NCBI GenBank assembly: GCA_001179505.1 | Contig: CDMY01000398.1 | Location: forward strand, 23,405-87,404 | Source of the DNA: Vitrella brassicaformis CCMP3155 | Taxonomy: Eukaryota; Protista; Chromerida | Direction of reading: 5' to 3' | DNA length: 64,000 nt | Shown here: piece by piece, positions 52,265-64,000 of the stretch | Layout: every line of letters starts with the position of its first letter | Position numbering within the stretch: position 1 is the stretch's first letter | The notes under the pieces: model-generated | The model's database searches: none | What the model saw: only the letters and a program-made list of their open reading frames with translations | What the model was told of the DNA's origin: nothing | Translations under genes and position numbers: made by a program

Positions 52265-53627
52265 TCATAATTCGATTCCGAATCGCCAGCCCTCCTCCCT
52301 GGCTGCCTCGTTAACTTCTTGCAGCACATCGCCAAGCCCCCAACACATGCCCTCCCGGCTGCTGCTGCTGCTGCTCCTGCTGCTGGCCTGCCGAATGCAC
52401 TTGTAAGCCGCAGACAGGTAGCCGTCGACCAGCCCGTTGATGCGGTCACTGAAGAGCCGCTCGCCGATGGGAATGCAGGCAGTGGGCGGGCTGCCCACGC
52501 CGATGAGCGCCTCGATGGTATGAGTGACGTCATCGAGCAGGGGCGCGGTCGCCCGTGCGGGCAGGAGGGCGGTCTTGACGGCGATGCTGACCTGCATCGG
52601 CAGGTCATGCTGCAGATAGTCACGGTATGCCGCCCGCAGCCGCGTTTGTTTCCATGTATCCAGTGGTTCCACCCCCCCAAAGTTCATCCATAAAGGCACC
52701 AATGGCGGCCTGAAACCGCCCCTCAGCGACGCTCCGTTGCGCAGCAGCAGCCGAAGCGCAGAGGGATCAGTGCTGTCTGACCGGGCCGCATAGTAGAGGG
52801 GGGTGCGATCAGTGGATGGCTCTGCATCGTGGACGATGCACCGGCCGGTCTTGCGGATGAGGTAATCCATGAGGTCTAGCTGTGAAGAAAGGTCAGCAAG
52901 GGGGTGGGCACAGAAGCTGTGCAAGGCCGTGGGATGGTGGCAGTCTCTGTGCGGAAGCTCATACGCGGGGGCGTCGAACAAGATGGCGGCCCTCCCGCCC
53001 ATTCGCACCAGTCTCTTAGCCATCCTGAGCTTCTCGGCAGACGACACACTGCCGTCGAGTGGATAAAAGGCCACACGCCACAGCAGCGGACCCGCAGCCT
53101 TGAGATCGAGATCGGGGTCATCCAGCAGCATCTGGGCGACGTCATATCGGCCACGGATAATGGCAAGCTCGACAGGGGGGCCGAACGCGCAGCCCTTGAA
53201 GTTGATGTCAGCGCCTCTCTCGAGAAGCAGCCGGATGATGTCCAGACTGTCAGCCGTCCTGTGGTGCTCGACGGCCGTTTGAATAAGGCTCTCTGACTCC
53301 AGCTGCACGAGGCTGTAGTCCTCCTCAAATATCCGATAGGTCGCGATGAACTTGGCGTCGGCTCCTCCTTCCAGCAGCTGAGTGGCCCTCTCCAGAGTGA
53401 GTGTGCCATTCCTGAGACCCTTGGCGAGCTTTCGAGTGGCGGCATCTTCCGGGATTGGAGTGCTTGGAGTGGGAGCAATATCCAGGAAATCCAACGAAAG
53501 CGCCGGCTTGCGGGAGAAAAAACAGGACAACAAGCCTGAGAATGAACAGAGACAAACACCGTGTGACCCGCAGGGAATGTGCAGCTGTGTCGTGTGCTGT
53601 GTGTAGTGTGGCCAACGCACCTCCCAT
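52265..53627 (-). CDS. Ankyrin-repeat protein with predicted N-terminal myristoylation/palmitoylation; one long exon
   Basis: ATG GGA G|gtgcgt..ctcag|GC TTG gives MGGLLSCFFSRK; repeats IIRLLLERGADIN, PPVELAIIRGRYDVAQMLL, RTPLYYAA..LRLLLRNGA. Confidence 0.85.
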
Positions 53628-54042
53628 GTTGTGTGCTGAATGTGGATGAGACAATGCAGCCAGGCAGCACGGAAAGCAAGATGCGCTGTTCACAGCGACG
53701 CAGCCTCCGACAACCACACCTCAGGCACGAGCTGCAATGAATGTAATCACAGACATCAACAGGCGGGAAGCGTGTGACGAAATGCCATTCCATTCACCAC
53801 ACCTGCGTTGTTTTCTGCCCCTCGGCGCGTTGCTCTGAAGCCCGGTCGGTCGGTCATGCGTTTGACGCCTTTTCCTCGGCTCAGCGCGAGCTTTTGTGAG
53901 ACTGCTAGCTAAACCTCAGAAACCCTAAAGGTGCACTTTTCCTTTTCGGCTTCATGACGATGTCAAGCGCCCGCTGGTGGTTCGAACGGTGTGCTTGTCG
54001 AGCCGCGCGGCACAGTATCTCGCGAGCATAGTAAATTCGATC

Positions 54043-54061
54043 AAACCCTAAACCCTAAACC
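54043..54061 (+). repeat. Interstitial telomere-type (AAACCCT)n / telo-box-like motif; a further copy at 53920-53929
   Basis: aaaccctaaaccctaaacc read directly, in the divergent intergenic region between the ankyrin and hypothetical genes. Confidence 0.7.
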
Positions 54062-54198
54062 GCAACCGATTATCAGCCTTATTAACTTTCCACCACACAA
54101 TAACCAACCAACCACCTCCAGCTCGAGCTCCTCGGGATCCACGGCCGCCGAAGGCGGCCGGCACAATACTAGGCGCTTTTACATCCCTCTGGGTTGGC

Positions 54199-55131
54199 AT
54201 GGAACTCCGCTCGGGGAAGGTGAGAGAAAGCACAGCAACGAGGAATCGAACTTTCACAGTCAGCTTGGTGCTGTGCTGTTTGACGCCTGTCAGCCTCTGC
54301 CGGTGGAGCAGGACAGGGCCCACAGAGCCGCTGCTCAGAGGCGGTCCGAGGCGAGAAAGAAAGCCTTGGCCGAGCGCAAGCAAGAGGCGGCCAAGGAGGC
54401 GGCGCGTCGTAGGATTCTCAAACGGGAGGAGCATGCTCGCTTCAAAGCCAAGTGAAAGCGCGAGCGTCAAGAACGCCTACAAGAGGCGGAAGGTGTGTTC
54501 AAGAAGCAGTTCCCGCTGTTCCGCCCGCAAGTGGGTGTGGACCAAGAACTACCGCACCGCACGGCTGCTGAGACAGCACTGGGCGAAGCTCGAGCACGGT
54601 GGGTACTCTATACACATCGGTACGTACCTGCGTAATCACTTGTGGTCTCCCGTCTGTGTGTGTGGGTTGGCTCGTGTTGGCTGCAGCATTTCGTCCTTTG
54701 CGCCCAACATATGTTTGGACGAAAAGCTTTGGGATCGGCTTCACCCTCAAGAGAAAGGGAAAATGGGGATAGCGGGTGTTGATTTCGCCGCGCATCCACA
54801 AGCTGCACGACAAGGACCGGAGGGATGGGTCTGAGAGGTGGATCTGCAGCCCTGGGAGGGATCTGTGGGAAATCCTCGAGGACGGTGAGTGGCGGAGGGA
54901 GGGGGGCGACCGACTGCTCTCGACGGAAGGCACTCGTACACGTGTATGTGCATGTGTGGCTTTGTGTGGTGCGCATGCAGGCTGGCCGAAAGGTGTGCGA
55001 GCCGTGCACGAGCCCTACGTTCAGAAGCTGGTCCTCGGCAGGAAGGGCAGCAAGAAGAGGAAAGGGCTCCCCAAAGCATAGATAGTGTTATAGATCGCAT
55101 TCTCGGCTTCTTTTTCGTCGCAGCGGTCTGA
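54199..55131 (+). CDS. Hypothetical basic/coiled-coil protein; exon structure partly uncertain
   Basis: MELRSGK|gtgaga..cag|PLPVEQDRAHRAAAQRRSEARKKALAERKQEAAKEAARRRIL; later exon-like blocks WVWTKNYRTARLL and CLDEKLWDRLHP. Confidence 0.45.
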
Positions 55132-58100
55132 TGTGTGTGTGCAAGGCGGCTGTGCTGTCTTTTTGGTGTTGAGTGCTGATTGATTGAGAGAGGCAGGATG
55201 GCACTCAGTGGGTGGCCTATTTGTCATGTGGCCGTCGTCTTGTGTCTGGGCGCGGCGCGATTGTCTTTTTCCGGTTTCTGAGCCTTGTCTTCGTGTGGCC
55301 GACTGCCATGTGGTGCTGTATTCTTGTGTGGTCTGGGTGGTGTACACAACACGTGGCTGTCGTGTGGATTTCTCGGCTCTTTGCCTGACCTGACGTCATT
55401 GGTTCAATCAATCAATACTTGTAATGGTATGGTGTTTGTTGTCTGGTCTGTCTGATGTCTGGAGGACACGTGCACATGTAAGGATGCAATGATTGCATCA
55501 TTCACGGACGGACATCCAGACAGGGGGACGGACATCATGACGAAGGAACGAATGAATGAGTCCCATCTATCCATCCATCCATCCATCTTGGCCTGCACTC
55601 ACTCACTCACTCACTCACAGATTGGCTGGCTTAACTTGTGCGTGCACTCAGTCGGTCGCTCGCTCGGTCAACGGGACGGGCCGCATCACATACCAAACAC
55701 ATACACACACCCATACCATAACAGCCGCCATTGCAATGCACAGTGTCCGTCTGTTCGTTCGTGTGTCATGCAGTCAGCCATATCAAATGGATGGAGGGAT
55801 GCCATGGCATCGACGTAGGTGAGCCCGGCAGGGAAGGAGGAAGATGGCAAATGGCATGTCAGTCAGTCAGTCGGTCGCGTCACACTTTACGTACGTCACA
55901 CATTCACTCACTCACTGAGACAGACGTCCATAAATCAGTCACCGACCGCACCACTCACTCACCCACCCAGTCAGTCAGTCACCACACCGAGAGGAACCAA
56001 CCTCTCACCCACCCACCCACAATCACTCACTCCCACACTGACGCCCACACTCACACTCACACAACAGACAGACAGCACACAGAGGGAGAGAAGAGAGTTA
56101 TGCACAGGGGGATCCATCGGATGGAAAAGGGTTGGTGCGGTGCATGGCGATCAATCAATCTGACAGGCCAGCCAGGCAGGCAGGCCACGACCGACCGACC
56201 GACCGACAGGCAGGCACCCATGCATCCACCCCTCCATCCATCCATCTATCCATGTGTCGATACCCACAACTCATCCATCCATCCATCCATCAGCATGTGC
56301 ATGCGCTTAAATGCGTCCGTCCGTCCGTCCGTCCGTCATCTAATCGGCGGTGCTCTGCGTGTCCGGTCTGCTGTTCTCGCTATGTGTGTGTATCCTGTGC
56401 CTGCCCGCCCGCCTGCCTGCCTGCCTGCCTGAGCGCCTGAGCGCTTCGCGACGACGTAAATAAGCAGCGCTCTCTCTCTCCCTCCCTCTCTCGCCTCTGT
56501 CCCATCTCATCCATATACTCATTGCAATCGACCGATAAACCCGAGGCACGTCATGTGTGGGTGTTAAAAATCGCCACAAATACACACACACACGCACACA
56601 TACACACAGACATGCACATACGCATTCGCACGATACCCCCCACCCCCTCACTGCCCCCCACTGAGTTGGCTGGCTTTTAAAGCGTGATGTGACGTGATAC
56701 GTGGTGTCGGACGCATTGCTTAGTTGTAGCTAGCATGAGAGAACTTGCGACACGGAGAGAATATGCACACGAGCGGCCGCAGACACCCCACCCCACCCCC
56801 CATGCATAGTAAGTTTTCCCCCACGTATCGATGAATGAATGAACGAATGAACAGAGAAATAGCCCCAGGAATGAGTGAGGTCCCTTTACACACATACATA
56901 TGCACACACATACATCCGCACACACAAGGGAGGCACAAATAAGGCAGTAGACAGACAGACAGAGATGGAGGTGTGGGGAGAGGTAGCTGAAGAGAGAACG
57001 TGCACACACAGCACAATAACTTCCAGAGCCGAAAGACAGCCAGCCAGGTAGGTAGGTAGGTATCCACTTATATGCACAGACGCGCCCTCACACAACACCA
57101 CACCACCCCACCCCCGCGCTTGCCGACCAGCAGGCAGAGCACGGCCACCATGAAGGAATGAAGGGATCATGTAAGAGAGAGTAGTCAGTCAGTCAGTAAG
57201 AAAGGACGGCGAACGATGAAGTCAGTAAGTACCCCCCCACACTTCGCCCCGTATGCCCCCACCCATCCCCACACCCACAGACAGACGCCGCACACGAATC
57301 ACGTCCGTCCCTCCGTGCGTCCATTGTGTCCCCGATGGAATGAGTGAGTGCCCTTATACCCTCAGTTGACGGACTTACACCGATGCACGCACTTTGCCAG
57401 CTCCTCACTCTCAGGCCATGCACGCACGAACAAGTCGAGTCGGCCCTTCCCCATCCATTCTTCCATCCATCGGTCGGCCCGTCTGTGCGCAGGAGTGTTG
57501 TGCGCATCCGTCAGACAGGCAGACAGACAGACAGACAGAGACAGAGACAGAGATGGGAGGGCCTAGCGTAGTCAGGATCTCTCTCTCTCTCTCTATGTAC
57601 CGTACTGACGTATGGTACACACACACATCCCCCCACGTCACCCCACACACGTCAGTCACCCCACAGCAAAGCATCGAAAGTAAAATGTCGAGAGGAGTGA
57701 CGACGGACAGATGCGGTCGTCAGTCCGCTCGTCGTGCCCAACCCGACACACACACAACACCACACACAACACGACACCCACACGACCCTTCTCCCCTCCT
57801 TCCCTCGCTCCCTCCCTATATCTCTCTCTCTCTCTCGGCAGATGGCGACAAATCTTCCTTCTCTCCATCTATGCACGAACGCATCGCATTCACGTCCCTC
57901 ACGGCAAGTGTACGCTCACTCGACCATCTATCTATCTATCTATCTTCCTTCATACCAGACGGCCCTTGCCTGTGTGTTCGTGTGATCCTCGGTGCTCCGG
58001 TGTGATGTAATGTGTTGTGCTGTGTCCCCCTCTTCCTTTCGACCCGACAGACACACTCAATTAAGGCGCACAGGCGACGCACAGAAGTCACCATCAGGGA

Positions 58101-59718
58101 TGCACAAAGGCAGGCAGGCAGGCAGGCAGACGGGCGCGCCCGCACACATGCACGCATGCAGTGAATTGGGGGGGGAAGCTGGGGAGATGGGCTGGTCCGT
58201 CCGTCTGTCCGTCTGTCTGTCTGTCTGGACTGAGTCTGTCTGTGTCTCAATGTGGCGAAAGACTTGCGCCCCTCACTCTTACACAGCACGTCGTCACACA
58301 TCCATCCATCCATCCAGCTATGCACTTCACTGTATCGATTCCCCTCGGTCGGTCGATTCAAAAACGCGAGCAGGGGGCAGAGCTGGCATCAAATCTTTCG
58401 CCACCAATAGTGCGTCTGTGTGTGGGTGTGTGTGTGGAGAGATGGGTGCTGGGTGCAAGGGTCATTCCCTCACTCACTCAGGTCATGAATACAAATAGCC
58501 CCTCCCACATAGAAACATAACATACATCAGGAAGTCGCCCACAAACGGCCAGACTGACACACACACGTAGAGAGAGATAGAGTGAGAGATACTTCTTTTT
58601 ATATATCATTGGACATCGACCAAGGCAGCGAGACGGCGAGCGATCGAGTGTGCCGTCCCTCCCTGTCTGCTGCCCTGCCCCGCACCCGATGCACCCATCC
58701 ACACTGTGATGAGGATGCAACAGACTGACTGACAGACTGACAGACACTCAGACAGACAGACAGACAGACAGACAGCGGACGCACGCACGTCTGCCTCAAC
58801 GGGAATTACGCTGCACCTGATGATGTGTGTGTCGGCTGATGTTCTCCCTCCCTCCCCCTCACTCCCTCCCCCTCACTCACTGCCACAAATGCAGGTATGT
58901 ATGTATGTGTGTCTGTATGAACGCACCGAAGCATCAGCATCAACAGAGAGACCGTCAAGTGAGCGTACACCCCCACATCATCCACACCACACGACAGCGT
59001 ACCTGCATCAAGTATCGACATTAGCAGGCAGGGAGGGAGGCCACAGACAGGCTGCAGACAGACAGGGAGACGAGACATAGGTAGGTAGGGAGAGAGGGAG
59101 GAGGGAAGACCTCTCTCAGCACAAACAAGCACTTCGCAACGCAACAATCAAGCAGAGCAACACAAACGAAAATGGCTGTTCGGGTCCTTCTCCGATAAAA
59201 TGAGGGCCGCCAGGCATTCAAGCAGGCAGGTGGGCGGGCAGATGCTACCGTAGAAAACAAGGGAGCGGGCGGGCGGAAAGGCATTCAAGCAGGGGAGAAA
59301 GTGGCGAGAGGACCAAAACAGCATCCGCTCACGACACATCCATCCACCCCACCCATCTAGCCATCTAGCCATGCATCAAACAAACCGACGGACGGCCTGG
59401 CTTAGAGGCCTGCCTGTCTGTGTGTGTCCGTGTACGTGTGTAGGGCTGGCTCTGGTCTGGTCTGCTCGGCTACACCCGGCAAAAAAAGCATCCATCAATC
59501 TCGGTGATTGACGAGCCAGCCGGCCAGTCAGTCCTCAAACGCTGGACTGGACTGCGGTGCTCGTGGGATGATTGGATTATATATGTGTGTGGACGTGTGT
59601 TGTGTTGTGTGCACAGTAATCTGTGCAGGGGGGTACGTGTCTAAGTAAGTAATGTGTACGCATGCAGTGCACCGATAAAAGAAAGGATCCCCTTTTCCCG
59701 CCCCCCCCCCCCCCCCCC

Positions 59719-60018
59719 NNNNNNNNNNNNNNNNNNNNNNNNNNNNNNNNNNNNNNNNNNNNNNNNNNNNNNNNNNNNNNNNNNNNNNNNNNNNNNNNNN
59801 NNNNNNNNNNNNNNNNNNNNNNNNNNNNNNNNNNNNNNNNNNNNNNNNNNNNNNNNNNNNNNNNNNNNNNNNNNNNNNNNNNNNNNNNNNNNNNNNNNNN
59901 NNNNNNNNNNNNNNNNNNNNNNNNNNNNNNNNNNNNNNNNNNNNNNNNNNNNNNNNNNNNNNNNNNNNNNNNNNNNNNNNNNNNNNNNNNNNNNNNNNNN
60001 NNNNNNNNNNNNNNNNNN
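59719..60018. other. Assembly gap (300 N)
   Basis: 300 N preceded by a long poly-C run. Confidence 0.99.
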
Positions 60019-60178
60019 TCCCGCCCCACCCCGCCCGCCCGCCCGCCCGCCCGCCCGAGCCTGCCTGCCTGCCTGCAGTCTGCTCAGTCAGCACTCGTAC
60101 TGCACCGACGATGCCGCTTGCAAAGCTGACCGCACACACACAGAGAGGGAGACAGGGAGAGAACACCCATACATACAT

Positions 60179-61558
60179 TCATGAGCCCAGACTTCGTCCC
60201 GTCCTCGTCTGCGGCCCCTCCCACTCACCCGACACGTCGACGTTCTTGAACGCATTGGCTAGGTACTTGGGCACGGTCTTGATCAGGTGCCCGTGGGAGT
60301 CCGCCACATACTCGTCGTCACCAACACCCGCCGCACCCGCCAGAGCGACAGGAGGCACCGGCTGTGCCAGGAGGACCGGCACCAGCGGCCAGGCCACCGG
60401 CACGGGCGTGTATGTGTCCTCCCTCGCCCCAGCCGCCTTCATCGGCCCCCACATGGGCGTGGATGCGTTGGACGACACCAACAGACGCGGGTCCGTGTTG
60501 CGGCACTCGGGCGTGTGCTCGTCGCCCTCCTGCTGCTGCTGCTTGCCGTCCGTCTGGACCGTCCCGTCGACCGTGTGGTTGCCCTTGATCTGCGGCGGCA
60601 TCATGAAGCGCGCCACTGGGAGGGGCATCTGGACGGGTAGGGGGAGGGGTGGCGGCATGGCCATGATGGGGGGTCGGGGTGAAGGCTCGGCCTCGGCCTC
60701 GAAGTGGTCGTCATGGTCGTGTCTGGTGGCGAAGAAGGCCGGTGAGTTGGCGTATGAGGAGGGCGACTGGTAGTCCATCGAGTCGGCGATGCTCGACGTC
60801 TCCCAGCTGACACACAAGGCAGGCCAACACACACATGTGTCGATCGATCTTCCATCTCTCTCCCAGCTCCCTCTTCCACCGACTCACCAGTTTCTGCCGT
60901 GCGATCCGTTGGAGGACGCGTTGTCATTGTCCCAGTTGATGCTGCCCGCAGTGCCCCCCCGCTTCAACTCGGCCATGCGGTTCATCAAGGCACGACGATG
61001 CCCACCGCCGCTGCCCCGTCTGCCGCTGCTGGCACTGGTGGTGTTGGTGGCCGTCGAGGCGTTGGAGTTCTTGCGTCTGCGGCGAGCCTCGCCGATGAGT
61101 TCCTTGACGTCGCGGCCCTCGGCCGCGGCACGCTTCTCCAACTCAGTGCGACGGTAGTGGCGCTCGCGAAGCTCGTGCTCGCCATGCTGACGACGCACAC
61201 AGACAGACAGACAGACAGAGAGAGAGATGGGTGCGAGGGCAGGGTGGGAGGGCGGTGTGTTGTAAGGCGGTGTGGTTACCTACCGCGTGTCTGCACTGGT
61301 CGGCCGCCAGGGGGCATCGGCCCTCCTTCCAGAACTTGCATATGCCCGTCTGCACACAACACAACACAACACAGCATAACACACAACACAGGCACACATG
61401 ACATGTGTCCGCCGCTTGTTTGGATCTCCATGTGTGGGAGGTGGGGTGGGGTGGGGTGGGGTCGCTTGCCTTAAAGTAGTCATCCGTGCCTCTGAGATCG
61501 GACTCGCCGTGTGCGAACTTGCACTCTTCAGCCGGCAACGGGCAACGACCCTGTCGAT

Positions 61559-61590
<32 letters not shown>

Positions 61591-62108
61591 GGAGGGGCAG
61601 ACAGTTATGTGGCGTATGTGTGTGTGTTGGTGTTGTGCGCCCACCCACCATCAGGAACTCCTTGCATAGTCTCGTCTTGGTCAAATTAGGCATTGATCTG
61701 AACCATCAACACACACACACACACAGAAGGACACTTGAAAGGGATGCTGCCTTTCCACTCCCTCCCACCCTCCCTGTCAGCCCTCCCTCCCCTCCCTGCC
61801 TCCGTTACCTCAGCTCGCTGGCGCTATGGGCATAGAAGCACGAGTCGCCTCGATGGCAGCCGCCAGACTTGATGTAGGGCTGACAACACACAACAAGACA
61901 AGCACACAGTTCGGATCCATGCCTCGTCCCTCATGGGTCTCTCTGCTTCCCTGCCTCGTCCGTCCCAGTCAGTCAGTCAGTGACCCCCCCTCTCTCTCTC
62001 TTTTCTTACGCAGAGTTTAGTCTTGTAGTACTGGTCCATCACTACGCCACTGTTGCCGGCCTCCCCTGCCCCCTTGCCGACAGCACCGCCGCCTCTTGAA
62101 CCGCACAT
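60179..62108 (-). CDS. Triple CCCH zinc-finger RNA-binding protein of apicomplexan type; start uncertain
   Basis: YYKTKLC|PYIKSGGCHRGDSCFYAHSASELR|SMPNLTKTRLCKEFLM|GRCPLPAEECKFAHGESDLRGTDDYFK|TGICKFWKEGRCPLAADQCRHA|HGEHELRERHYRRTELEK, then Pro-rich low complexity. Confidence 0.92.
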
Positions 62109-63802
62109 CAGTCAGTACTTCCGTCAGATGAATGTTGGTCAGTCACACCTGGGTGGGTGGGTAACACGTTCAATCAACGGGTCGAAGGTTGTTCTCGTCA
62201 CCGTCAGCCTCGTAGCGATATCTATCTGCTCTTTCTGATGGTCAGGTGGTCCTTTAGAAGCAATGATCTTCCGGCTACTTTGCGGTCAGTCGTTTGGGTA
62301 GGGTTAGGGTTACAATTGTCCAATTCTTGGGTCAAAAAAATGGCATACCCGAGATCACCTGTGTGTGCTCCTCTTGTGTTCTTCAGGCGCAGTGGGACTC
62401 CATGGCGGCGTTTTTCAGCCCAGTGCGGCGGTAACGTGGCTCTGCAGGTCCGAAAATCACCAGCAAGGCGGCACACGCAACTCTGTCTGCAGACGTGTGT
62501 CCATCCGAGCTGTGCGCGTGCAACGATGCCCTGCAGGCGACTTCGGGTGCGGTTGATTCGCTCATCAATGCGCTGCCCCGACAAGTGGCGCTTTACCCGC
62601 CCCTGTGTCGCTGGGTGGGCGAGACTGTGGGTTTCCCCGCATCCCTGTGACCACCGCCTCTGCCTGTGTATGCAGCCGACACGTGTGCGTGCCCACTAAA
62701 GTGCCTGTGTCTGCGTACGCGCAGGTGTGTGATCGCCTGACGTGTGTGTTGGTGTGGTGTGCTTATGGGTGCTGCCGCTCAGCTTACTTAGTGCGGCCTG
62801 GGTTTCGGCACTTCCCCCTGCACGTGACTGACTCACAGGGTGGGCGGGGTGTCTGCCTGTGAGTGCTGCCATCCGTCCGTCCGTCCGTGTGTGCAGGCCG
62901 ATGACGTAGGTACGCGAACGCACACACACACACACAGACCGAGAGGAAGACGCATCTGTATGTGTCTGTGTCTGTGTAGTGTGTAGTGTTAGTGTCCATT
63001 CATTTGTTCAGCGTGAGAAGATGCAACACGTACACAAACGTGACGCGACGTTCGCGTCTGCTGCGTGTCAGCACAGCACCTGACGGCGTTGACAGCGGGG
63101 AGTTTGGACGGGCGTGTGTGGCGTCGCTTGTGAAGCTCCGCGGGCTCCAGCGGATGTGGGTGCTCGTCGTGCCCAGGTTCGGCAACAGCACCTTGGCCGC
63201 CGCCATGAGGGACCACCATCCACAGGGGACCTGCCGTGGGTTCCTCATTCAACACAGAGGGGACGGAATACGAGCTGCACAAGGTGAGATTCGGAGGAGA
63301 GGAGTGGAGCGGCCAAGGGGTTCATTCGGTAGTCGATGTGTCTGTGGTATGTGTGGCAGACGGTGAGTGGCTTAGGAGGGAGGAGAGGCAACCAGAGGAA
63401 GCGACCGGGCGTCTCATGAGAGGCCGTGACGGTGTGTATACTTGACGCGCTGACGTTCTCCACCAATGGGTGACATCAACGTGTTGTTGGGATGGCTGTG
63501 CTGCAGTGCTCATGGGGCGGCATGATGTTAGTTCGGTGTGTGGGTGTGTAATGTCATTACATGCAGCTCAGCTGCCGTGGGTAGTGTACATATTCCCATT
63601 CAAAAACATCCACCGGTCCGCCAGGCAGTCCGCCAGTCAGTCCGCCAGTCAGTCAGTCCGTCCGTCAGTCAGCCCCACCGCTCCCTCACACACGCACACG
63701 GAGAGAGAGAGAGTCTTCGAAAGGGGCCGAGAAAAAGGACGACCGCCCCTCTTGTCCTCTCCAGGCTGTACAATCCCCCACCCCGCCCAACACACTTACA
63801 CA

Positions 63803-63839
<37 letters not shown>

Positions 63840-64000
63840 CCAGACGAAAAAGAGCCCATCCACCCGTGTGTCTATCTGGCTGTCTGTGTGTCTGAGTCGT
63901 GTGGTGGGTGCCACAGGACTTAGCCCCCCCCTCCCTCCCCCTTATCAATTGAAAAAGAGCCGCCCCTCCCTTATTATCACTCTGTCCACCGCCCCTCCCC

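Noticed and set aside
62989-63466. Possible spliced exons upstream of the triple-CCCH gene
   Set aside because: Splice-like signals exist but no consistent frame or recognisable product; may be 5' UTR exons or uORFs.

Overview
Eukaryotic, GC-rich, gene-dense and intron-rich genomic DNA with short GT-AG introns full of (CA)n/(TG)n, (GACA)n and (GGAT)n microsatellites. The gene content (plastid-targeted PAO-like Rieske protein, lumenal FKBP, apicomplexan-type CCCH proteins) and intron style suggest a photosynthetic alveolate such as a Vitrella-like chromerid; this is inference. About 20 spliced genes were reconstructed by eye: acetyl-CoA synthetase, PITH protein, PAO/Tic55-like oxygenase, a Ubl-coiled-coil-RING protein, a small phage-like protein, Sec20, two F-box-like proteins, two CCCH zinc-finger proteins, two ankyrin proteins, an ABC1 kinase, a secreted Cys/acidic protein, FKBP, two MFS transporters, cyclophilin, an EXD1-like exonuclease and a few hypotheticals. 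Three 300-N assembly gaps are present. No tRNA, rRNA, CRISPR array or clear transposon was seen. The most interesting signals are: (1) a six-exon gene whose product resembles a bacteriophage hypothetical family; (2) an adjacent Ubl-RING fusion gene whose introns largely lack the microsatellites typical of the window; (3) many introns with AC-rich 5' halves and GT-rich 3' halves that could fold and bridge splice sites. All exon boundaries are manual and approximate.
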